From Planctomycetota bacterium (lineage in GTDB: Bacteria > Planctomycetota > UBA8108 > UBA1146), in the NCBI GenBank assembly GCA_016776905.1, contig JADHSM010000011.1:41442-105441 (forward strand): 64,000 nucleotides of DNA, read 5' to 3'. Every line of letters starts with the position of its first letter. The stretch's first letter is position 1. Of this stretch, positions 57,201-64,000 are shown one piece after another. The translations under genes were made by a program, and so were the position numbers. The notes beneath the pieces were generated by a model. That model was not told the DNA's origin and made no database searches. It saw only the letters and a program-made list of their open reading frames with translations.

Positions 57201-58783
57201 CACCGCCTTCCGCTCCGATAGCAGATTTTTCGGTTTCTCAGAATTCTGGTGAAGCTCCTGTGACGATCGGATTTACAAATCTGACGACAGGTGACGTCAC
57301 GGGTTATCAGTGGGATTTCGGGGATGGCAATGGATCGACAGCGACAAATCCCAGTCACACTTACACAACTTCAGGAGCGTATACAGTGACATTGACGGCG
57401 ACAGGACCGGGAGGATCAGACACTGCGATTTGTAGTAACTGCATTACCGTGACAGATCCGCCTCCACCTCCACCGCCTGCACCGGTCGCCGATTTTGAGG
57501 TATCTCTTATCTCGGGTGATACACCCTTGACGGTGAGCTTCTCAAATCTGACGACAGGTGACGTGACCGGTTATCAGTGGAACTTTGGAGATGGAAATGG
57601 GTCGACCGCGAATGACCCCAATCACACCTATACTTCTGCAGGTGTCTACACCGTCACTTTGACTGCGACCGGACCGGGTGGCTCGGATACTGCTATCTGT
57701 AACGCATGTGTGACGGTCACCGATCCTCCTCCTCCAGCACCCGTCGCAGATTTCTCACTCACGCCCTCCTCAGGAGATTCTCCAGTGGTGGTCTCATTCA
57801 CCAATCTCTCAAGTGGTGATATCTCTGGGTATGCCTGGGACTTTGGAGATGGTGGATCTTCGACGGCTGCAAATCCGTCGCACACCTATTCGATAGCAGG
57901 CACATATAGCATCACTTTGGTCGTATCAGGGCCAGGGGGTTCTGATACTGCCATTTGTAATGCATGTGTGACGGTGACAGATCCACCACCACCTCCTCCT
58001 TCAACGGAGCTCTACTATCTTTCGTTTGTGAACAACACGACTGTTCCTGGTGTGGGTACGGTGAGAGATGAAGACATCGTTTCTTACGACCCTGCTACAG
58101 GTCAATGGGCGTTGTTCATTGATGGAAGTGATATTGGAATCGGTGGCACTGATATCAATGCCCTGAGCGTGTTGGCGGACGGGAGTGTGGTGCTCTCGAT
58201 TAACTCCGGTGGCTATACCCTCTTTGGATTAACGGATGGTCCCGACTCCATCAACGTGGACGACTCTGATCTACTGTTGTTTACTCCGACGAGTACGGGA
58301 GCGAACACGGCAGGTTCTTGGAGTTTCTTCTTTGACGGCTCAGATGTCAGTTTGACTTCTAACGGTGAAGATATCGATGGCGTCTGTGTACTCGACGACG
58401 GTTCCTTCTTGTTTTCTACTTTGGGAACAGCCAAGGGTGGTGGCCCCAATAGTCATGACGAAAATGTGGCGTTGTTCACACCGACTTCCTTGGGAGCCGT
58501 GACCTCGGGGTCATGGAGTATTTTCTTTGACGGTAGTGATGTCGGATTTGGCGGAAATGGCGCTGAAGATCTCGATGCCGTCAGTTTAGATTTCGACGGC
58601 ACATTAATTTTCTCCACAGTGGGGAATTATTCGGGTGCTGGATCTACAGGGGCTGACGAAGATATCTCAAGATTCACGGGCACATTTGGGGCAGCGACTT
58701 CAGGGTCGGCTCAGTTGATTCTGGATCTGACGACTCTGGGTATCAATGCCAGTGAAGATGTCGACGGATTTTCGATAAGGTGA
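54185..58783 (+). CDS. subtilisin-like (S8) serine protease with an Fn3-like module, an unknown module, six PKD repeats and a C-terminal repeat domain
   Basis: The catalytic triad is present in AIIDEGVDVDHPD, GHGTCCAG and GTSSATPHAAG. There are six FGDGxxS...HTY PKD units. Length is 1532 aa from the TTG start. Confidence 0.9.
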   Translation: MEKKLDKNGLLKLTEVLASSPSIVTAAPLLHFDRADLITRPELIVTFDGSVEDSDIRKILNANELRPLRTFSGLDPTYLVSFIGSPMKAFELSWELIRFDEVSAAEPNFIQDLPEMATPNDSLYANQWDMNNTGQTGGTPGADMHMSEAWDISTGSASIVVAIIDEGVDVDHPDLIANMVAGFDAVTADPTPEGVPGNANSGDGHGTCCAGIVAADGNNGLGVTGVTWNSKIMPIRIGFGNFWTQTDWIIDGLTWPVDNGADVLSNSWGGGGASTAIQNAVSYGTTTGRGGLGCPNFFASGNDNGGVSYPAAYPEAIAVGASSPCDERKSPSSCDGETWWGSNFGSTLDFVAPGPLTTTVDIAGSGGYSSGDYTSSFNGTSSATPHAAGAGALLLAVAPGLTESEVRTLMRQTADDQVGPPSEDTAGFDIYMGYGRVNCESLLLAVASNVPGPTGLSCNNSGVSTVLSWNNGASYTQVTVSRNGSVLATLSGGATSYTDGATPTGTSSYAVRGYQGADFSSAASCSVFSIGDATDLVWAPSAAGGAVSGGQGLADALTAAGRSPLLVASLNDVSNLDIFEAVWVNLGIYPSNHVLSSGESSQLDSYLTNGTGGSFLYLEGGDTWAYDTSTTVHGRFGISGQSDGTADLSTVTGAAGAGCDLAGNSWSYGGENNWIDRLGTTGSGVVSLINPSPSYNVGIFNDAGSYKTFGASFEIAGLNDGASSRADLVSAILTCFAGVAPPPPPPAPVADFSATPTSGEVPLNVSFGNLTSGDVTAYSWSFGDGNGSSGNNPSHTYTSAGVYTVTLTATGPGGSDTATCSACITVNDPPPPPAPVAGFSVTPTSGETPLLVSMTNETTGDVTGYSWDFGDGNGSTASDPNHTYSSPGVYTITLTATGPGGSDTAICLDCVTVSDPPPPPAPVADFLATPNSGDAPLVVAFVNLSSGDIDSYLWDFGDGNGSSASDPNHTYTASGLYNVTLTVTGPGGSDTAVCNNCITVTDPPPPPPSAPIADFSVSQNSGEAPVTIGFTNLTTGDVTGYQWDFGDGNGSTATNPSHTYTTSGAYTVTLTATGPGGSDTAICSNCITVTDPPPPPPPAPVADFEVSLISGDTPLTVSFSNLTTGDVTGYQWNFGDGNGSTANDPNHTYTSAGVYTVTLTATGPGGSDTAICNACVTVTDPPPPAPVADFSLTPSSGDSPVVVSFTNLSSGDISGYAWDFGDGGSSTAANPSHTYSIAGTYSITLVVSGPGGSDTAICNACVTVTDPPPPPPSTELYYLSFVNNTTVPGVGTVRDEDIVSYDPATGQWALFIDGSDIGIGGTDINALSVLADGSVVLSINSGGYTLFGLTDGPDSINVDDSDLLLFTPTSTGANTAGSWSFFFDGSDVSLTSNGEDIDGVCVLDDGSFLFSTLGTAKGGGPNSHDENVALFTPTSLGAVTSGSWSIFFDGSDVGFGGNGAEDLDAVSLDFDGTLIFSTVGNYSGAGSTGADEDISRFTGTFGAATSGSAQLILDLTTLGINASEDVDGFSIR
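56399..58003 (+). repeat. six tandem PKD-domain coding repeats, period about 261 bp, separated by poly-Pro linkers
   Basis: The unit PPPPAPVADFS.TP.SG..PL.V.F.N.T.GD.T.Y.W.FGDGNGS....P.HTY...G.Y.VTLTATGPGGSDTA.C..C.TV.D recurs six times. Confidence 0.9.
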
Positions 58784-58805
58784 TCTGAGTACTCTCTGGA
58801 TCGAC

Positions 58806-58846
58806 AGGGCGACTTCGATGGATTCCCGTCGGAGTCGCCCTTTTTC
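58806..58846 (+). terminator. rho-independent terminator after the protease gene
   Basis: AGGGCGACT...AGTCGCCCT forms the stem and is followed by TTTTTCTT. Confidence 0.75.
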
Positions 58847-59092
58847 TTGATAGGGGAGTCCAAAATCTCGACTTCGAAGCGGAAGAAGTGAGGCGTGTGC
58901 CGTGAATTGTCCCGATGAAGCGATAAAACAGGCACAATTTTGCGAATCGGGGGCGGGGATCGCAAGGCTGAACTTGTCGTCATGAGAGGTTATCGATACC
59001 TTGGCAGTGTCCACTCCCGCGTCTCTGAGAGAGTCAGGCCCAAAATGGTCCTGAAGAATCGTGGCGGGAGATCAGCGAAGGATCGGAGAGCC

Positions 59093-60832
59093 ATGAAATC
59101 GTCTGTCGAGGTCAAGGATCCGGTGACAGAGAAGATTCTCGATCAATGGATGGAAAAGCCGGCTCCATTTTTGTCGGTTCTCCATGCGATTCAGGACCAC
59201 TTTGGGTATTTGCCTGAAAGTGGACTTCGGCTGGTCGGACAGCGGTTTGGTATTCCGGTGAGTGAACTCTACGGAACCGTCACCTTCTATCACTTTTTCT
59301 CATTGGAGCCCAAAGCTCTCCCGGATATTCGCATCTGTGAAAATTCAGCGTGCTGTTTGCATGACCTCGATGCGATATGTGAAGAAATTGTCGATAAGGA
59401 TCTCGGTATCCCACACTCGGGAAAAGTTGAAAAAATATCATGCCCAGGTCGCTGCGATGTCCCTGTCCCTATTCTGATAGGCGAAACATTTCTTCATGGC
59501 GCCCAATCGGGAGCCATTGAGAAGGCGACTCCTGCAACAATGCCTCTACCACCTGAGATAGGTTTGGAAGAGTGTCTCTTCAAAGATATTCGAAATGGAG
59601 TTTCCAGCCTTGAAAAGGCGGTCGAGGCCGGCTCATGGCAATCTCCCAAAAGAGCTGCAGATGACCCCGAAGGATTCATTTCAGAATTGAAATCTAGCGG
59701 GCTGACAGGAAGAGGCGGGGCTGGATTTCCTACGGGTGTAAAGTGGGAAGCCGTCCGCTCCGAAGTCGCTGATCAGAAGTGGATAGTTTGTAACGCTGAT
59801 GAGAGCGAAGTGGGCTGCTTTAAAGACAGAGTCTTGATGGCCCATACACCTCACGCCCTATTAGAGGGAATGACATGCGCAGGTTTAATAACAGGTGCAG
59901 AAGTAGGCATCGTTTATCTCCGTTGGGAATACCCGGAGATTTTAGAGTCATTACAAACGGCCATCGATGAAGCGACAGCCGCTGGATACCTCGGAGTGGA
60001 TGCTTGTGGGACTGGAAAGCCTTTTCAAATAGTGATTCGAAGAGGTGCTGGCGCTTACATTTGTGGTGAAGAGACTTCGCTTCTGAACTCATTGGAAGGA
60101 AAGCATCCTTTTCCAAGAGAGAAGCCACCATTCCCAACGACTCATGGACTGTTTCAGCAGCCTACTGTCGTCAATAACGTAGAAACTTTTTGTGCTGTGC
60201 CTCCGATTATCGATCGGGGAGGCGATTGGTTCAGTCAGTTAGGATTGGGAGATCAACAGGGCACGCGAATATTCAGTGTCTCTGGAGATATTCAACGCCC
60301 AGGAAACTACGAGGTGCCCGTCGGGACACCCCTTCGACAACTTCTAATGGAGTTTGCTGGAGGAACATTCGAGGGGCGTGAAATCCAAGGTGTCACCATG
60401 GCAGGAGTGAGTGGAGGCTTGGTCGGTGCAGAAGACCTAGATGTTCGACTCGATCCTGCCTCACTCAATGACCTTGGAGCGATGCTGGGTGCTGGGGGAA
60501 TAGTTGTTCACGACGATACTCGATGCATGATTCAGGCGGCTCGGGAAAGCATGCACTTCCTTGCCGAAGAGTCATGCGGTAAGTGCTTCCCTTGTCGTAT
60601 CGGAACAACCCGCATGACCGAGATTTTAGATGAGTTAAATTCTGGAAAACCTGTTCGAGAGGGACTTCTACAGGAGATTGAAGATCTCGAAGAGGTTCTG
60701 GCTGAGACGAGTGCGTGTGGCTTGGGCTTAGCAGCCCCTTACATAACACGAATGCTCAAAAAGTATTGGCCCCAAGAAATACAAGACAAAATTGACGGCT
60801 CAGGCCAAGCGCTGAAAGAGGGCTCTGAATGA
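59093..60832 (+). CDS. NuoE-like/NuoF-like fusion protein (diaphorase beta/gamma subunit of NAD-dependent formate dehydrogenase)
   Basis: The N-terminal 2Fe-2S thioredoxin-like part carries HAIQDHFGYLP and YGTVTFYHFF. The NuoF core carries GRGGAGFPTGVKWE and the 4Fe-4S motif ESCGKCFPCRIGT. I prefer ATG 59093, after GGAGAG. Confidence 0.85.
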   Translation: MKSSVEVKDPVTEKILDQWMEKPAPFLSVLHAIQDHFGYLPESGLRLVGQRFGIPVSELYGTVTFYHFFSLEPKALPDIRICENSACCLHDLDAICEEIVDKDLGIPHSGKVEKISCPGRCDVPVPILIGETFLHGAQSGAIEKATPATMPLPPEIGLEECLFKDIRNGVSSLEKAVEAGSWQSPKRAADDPEGFISELKSSGLTGRGGAGFPTGVKWEAVRSEVADQKWIVCNADESEVGCFKDRVLMAHTPHALLEGMTCAGLITGAEVGIVYLRWEYPEILESLQTAIDEATAAGYLGVDACGTGKPFQIVIRRGAGAYICGEETSLLNSLEGKHPFPREKPPFPTTHGLFQQPTVVNNVETFCAVPPIIDRGGDWFSQLGLGDQQGTRIFSVSGDIQRPGNYEVPVGTPLRQLLMEFAGGTFEGREIQGVTMAGVSGGLVGAEDLDVRLDPASLNDLGAMLGAGGIVVHDDTRCMIQAARESMHFLAEESCGKCFPCRIGTTRMTEILDELNSGKPVREGLLQEIEDLEEVLAETSACGLGLAAPYITRMLKKYWPQEIQDKIDGSGQALKEGSE

Positions 60833-63603
60833 GTACCGAAATGAAAATGGTCATCGATGGAGCAGAGGTTTCCTTCAAAGAGGGAGAGACCGTCCTCGAG
60901 GTGGCAAGAAGACAGGGCAGTTTTGTCCCGACTCTTTGTTATGACGAGCGGCTTGACCCATATGGATCTTGCCGCCTTTGTGTCGTCGAAGTCGAGGGGC
61001 GTCGGTTGCCGGCATCTTCTTGTACGCTCAAAGCCGAAGCTGGAATGGATATTCGTACTGGGAGTGATCATATTCGCAAGATGCAATCCACTCTTGTAGA
61101 GATGGTTCTTTCGGAGAATCCCGGCGATGAATGTCCACGCTGTAGAGACATTGGTACTTGTGAAGTCCATGAGTTGGCAGAAGAGTTTGAGGTTTCAAGA
61201 GATAGATTTCTTGGAGCAATAAGTAATGCCTCAAAAGACGATTCCAATCCGTTCCTTCTGAGAGATTATGATCGTTGCATTTCTTGTTACCGTTGTGTTC
61301 GGATCTGCGATGAAGTCGAGGCTGATCATGCGATCACGATGACGGGTCGAGGTTGGAACAAAGGAATCGCTACTGCATTCGATGGTGGCTTGATGGATAG
61401 CGACTGTACCCTCTGTGGTCAGTGCATTTATACATGTCCTACTGGTGCACTCGCAGATAAGAAGATGGTGAATCAAGGTTCGAAGCCTGGCGAAATCGAA
61501 ATTACCCGAAGCGTTTGTCCATATTGTGGAACCGGTTGCTCCATCAACCTCCACAGTCTCGATGGGAAAATGATCGGAGTCACTCCTGTACTCGATGGCC
61601 CAGTGAACGAAGGTGCCTTATGTGTGAAGGGGCAGTTTGGTTTTGATTTCGTGAATTCGGAAGATCGCCTGACACGTCCTTTGATACGGAAAAATGGAGA
61701 ACTGACACCCGTTTCATGGAATGAAGCTTTCGATTACACCGCCCAGAAATTATTGAGCGTCAGGGACGATCATGGGCCTAAAGCATTTTATGCCATCGCG
61801 AGTGGAAGAGCTCCTGGCGAAGGTTCATATATGCTGCAAAAGTTTACTCGCGCAGTGATGAACTCAAATCAAGTCGACAATTGTTCGCGTGGCTGACACA
61901 GTCCTACGGTCGCCGGTCTGGCGGCCTCTATTGGACGTGGAGCTATGTCAAATTCGATTCCAGAGATCGAAGATGCAGACATGATGCTTTGCGTCGGAAC
62001 GAACATGACAGAGTGTCATCCCATTATTGCGGTTAGGGTGAAAAAGGCCGTCCGTAAGGGTGCAAAACTGTATGTTGTCGATCCGCGGAAGATTCCACTG
62101 ACAGAATACGCCACAGGGCACCTTCCTTTGAAGTTAGGTTCCGATGTTGCTTTGTTCAATGCCATGGCAAAAGTCATCATCGATGAAGGCTTAGCAGACA
62201 TGGAATATATTGAAGAGAGAACCGAAGGTTTCGAGGAACTGAAGAAACATCTGGAACCCTTCACCGCTGAATACGGCGAAGAGATTTCAGGTGTCCCTGC
62301 ACAACTGATACGGGAATGTGCGATCGCATATGCCTCTGCAGGGAGCGCAGGGATCTACTACACCCTTGGGATCACTGAACATATTTGCGGAGTGAGTAAC
62401 GTTCAGAGTCTTTGCAATTTGGCTCTCATCACCGGAAATCTTGGAAAACGTTCAGCTGGAGTAAACCCATTGAGGGGCCAGAACAATATTCAGGGTGCCG
62501 GGGATACGGGCGCACTGCCGAACAACTATCCAGGATTCCAATCTGTGGACGATCCTGTGTGTCAGGAGAAATTCGAAAAGGCCTGGGGTGTGCCAATGGA
62601 TCCCCATAAAGGGATCACGAAAATAGCAGCATTGGATCACGCTGTCGATGGTCGCATCAAAGCGATGTGGATCTGCGGTGAAAATACATTGGTCACAGAT
62701 CCAGATGTTAAACACACAACAAAAGCTTTAGAGTCTCTCGATTTCTTGGTTGTTCAAGATATGTTCTTGACCGATACAGCGAAACTTGCAGACGTGGTAT
62801 TCCCTGCCGCTGCATTTACAGAGGTAGATGGTTTCTTTACGAATTCCGATCGTCGAGTTCAGAGAATTCGAAAGGCTGCGAACCCGCCGGGTGACGCAAT
62901 GCCAGATTGGTGGATTATTGCTCATGTCGCCAAGCGCATGACTAATGATGTCCATTTCGATTACGAAAACAGTGAGCAAGTCTTCGATGAACTCGCTTCG
63001 CTTTCGCCGATTTATGCGGGATTGAGTTACGACAGAATTGAGCGAGGTGATCTGGCCTGGCCAGTTCCAGAGATGGATCACCCGGGAACACCGATTCTTC
63101 ACGAGGGAGAATTCCTCAACGGAAAAGGCAAACTACAGTTACTGAATTATGTGCCGCCTTCCGAGAATCCCGATGAAGAGTATCCGTTCTACCTGACAAC
63201 GGGCCGGCGACTGCCGACTTACCACAGCAATACCATGACAGGTCGCTCGGGTGGTTTCCGCATACTTGTTCCCAATGAGTGGCTAGAAATCCATCCCGCA
63301 GATGCAGAGAAGCTCGGGTTGGAAGATGGAGATTGGTCCAAGATCACATCGAGGCGTGGAGAAGTGATCACGCGAGTGGCGATCACGAAAACATCTCCAA
63401 GGGGCACTGTATTCATGAGCTTTGCATTCCCTGAAGAGGTGATGACAAACATTGTTACCAATCCAGAAGTGGATCCCCAAACCGAGACTCCGGAATTCAA
63501 AGTTGCGGCGGTTTCGATTGTTCGGGTGGAAGCTCCGACGGGACTTGGGGCAAGTGAAGCATTGAGGGCGAATCCTGACGTGGAAGATCCTCATCTTGGT
63601 TGA
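60829..63603 (+). CDS. fdhA: formate dehydrogenase alpha subunit (molybdopterin), selenocysteine-containing (UGA at 61894-61896)
   Basis: Track ORFs 60829..61896 and 61945..63603 share a frame. Across the junction the sequence reads VDNCSRG-U-HSPTVAGLAASIGRGAMSNS, the FDH active-site motif. The N-terminal 2Fe-2S and 4Fe-4S cluster cysteines are present. The ATG overlaps the upstream stop (ATGA). Confidence 0.9.
61906..61927 (+). promoter_or_regulatory. bacterial SECIS element of the FDH gene
   Basis: A 7-bp stem (GGUCGCC pairing with GGCGGCC, including one U-G pair) carries the apical loop GGUCU. The loop begins 18 nt after the UGA, as in E. coli fdhF. Confidence 0.75.
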
Positions 63604-64000
63604 AGCCGATCACTTTGAGGTCACCGGTCATGGGGGTGAATTTGGGATAGGATCTCCTGCCCGTTTGGAAATCAAGAGTGGAGTCGTCACCCTCATCTCA
63701 AAAAATGGGCAGCGACACCCTCTGGATTTGCACCAGTGTGAAGCCAGTATCGTGGGTACTTGCTTGGATGTTCTTGATGAAGTTTCCGAGATCGGATTCT
63801 CGACAAAAAGCCCGCAAGTATTTGCAGAGATCTTAAAAGTAGCCCCCCTTGATCTTGAAAATTCACTTCAAGAAATGGCGACGATTCTTTATAAGACAAA
63901 GAAATCGAAGAATCAGATCTATGTTTTCTTGTTGTTAATTTCAGTGGGCATCATTGGTTCCGTCATATTTTTTGAGCGGCAGATATCTAAGAATGTCATC
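63596..64000 (+). CDS. hypothetical protein, 5' part (open to the right edge)
   Basis: Not in the ORF track because it has no stop in the window. From TTG 63596, which overlaps the FDH stop, the frame is open for 135 codons and ends in a hydrophobic stretch (IYVFLLLISVGIIGSVIFF). No recognisable motif. Confidence 0.35.
   Translation, partial: MVEADHFEVTGHGGEFGIGSPARLEIKSGVVTLISKNGQRHPLDLHQCEASIVGTCLDVLDEVSEIGFSTKSPQVFAEILKVAPLDLENSLQEMATILYKTKKSKNQIYVFLLLISVGIIGSVIFFERQISKNVI

Noticed and set aside
56399-58003. Regularly spaced repeats as a possible CRISPR array
   Set aside because: The period is about 261 bp and the repeats are in-frame PKD domains of one long ORF. They are not 25-40 bp repeats separated by unique spacers, and no cas genes are present in the window.
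58930-58946. Sigma-54-like motif aGGCACaatttTGCg upstream of the FDH operon
   Set aside because: The GG to GC spacing is 9 nt instead of 10. Spacing is strict in known sigma-54 promoters, so I do not call it.

Overview
This 64 kb window is gene-dense, with about 55 protein genes and no rRNA, tRNA, CRISPR array or obvious mobile element. It looks like chromosomal DNA of a marine Planctomycetota/PVC-type bacterium. That inference rests on three things: a PSCyt1-DUF1549-DUF1553 giant protein paired with a DUF1501 protein, dockerin-tailed secreted proteins, and two sigma-54 enhancer-binding proteins.

Recognisable housekeeping content:
- Core metabolism and cofactors: acyl-CoA dehydrogenase, TldD-like peptidase, apt, 2-oxoacid dehydrogenase E1 alpha/beta, hemB, and an SDR.
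- Transcription, translation and folding: a sigma-70 family factor, a receiver-groES-groEL cluster, a DEAD-box helicase with an RGG tail, and rpmG.
- Sugar nucleotides and NAD: ugd-uxs-nadK and a CapD/PseB-like dehydratase.
- Transport: mgtE, modABC, and a PutP-like symporter.
- Light response: a LitR/CarH-like regulator translationally coupled to a class II photolyase.
- Formate oxidation: a NuoE/F-fusion plus formate dehydrogenase alpha operon.

Most noteworthy observations:
1. An in-frame UGA sits exactly at the redox motif of a secreted thioredoxin-fold protein (46877-48133) and is followed by a SECIS-like hairpin. A canonical Sec-containing FDH with a GGUC-loop SECIS lies in the same window.
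2. A well-spaced sigma-54 (-24/-12) promoter lies upstream of the receiver-groESL cluster, and no CIRCE element is present.
3. A conserved double-dockerin plus Cys-rich C-terminal module is shared by a pentahaem cytochrome and an unrelated 860-aa secreted protein. The cytochrome is packed in a tight operon with a stand-alone E1 alpha/beta.
4. A roughly 1600-aa S8 protease with six PKD repeats has its signal-peptide exon in a different frame, most simply explained by one G missing from a G run.

Several start-codon and terminator anomalies are also recorded. All function calls come from motif recognition by eye. No database search was possible.
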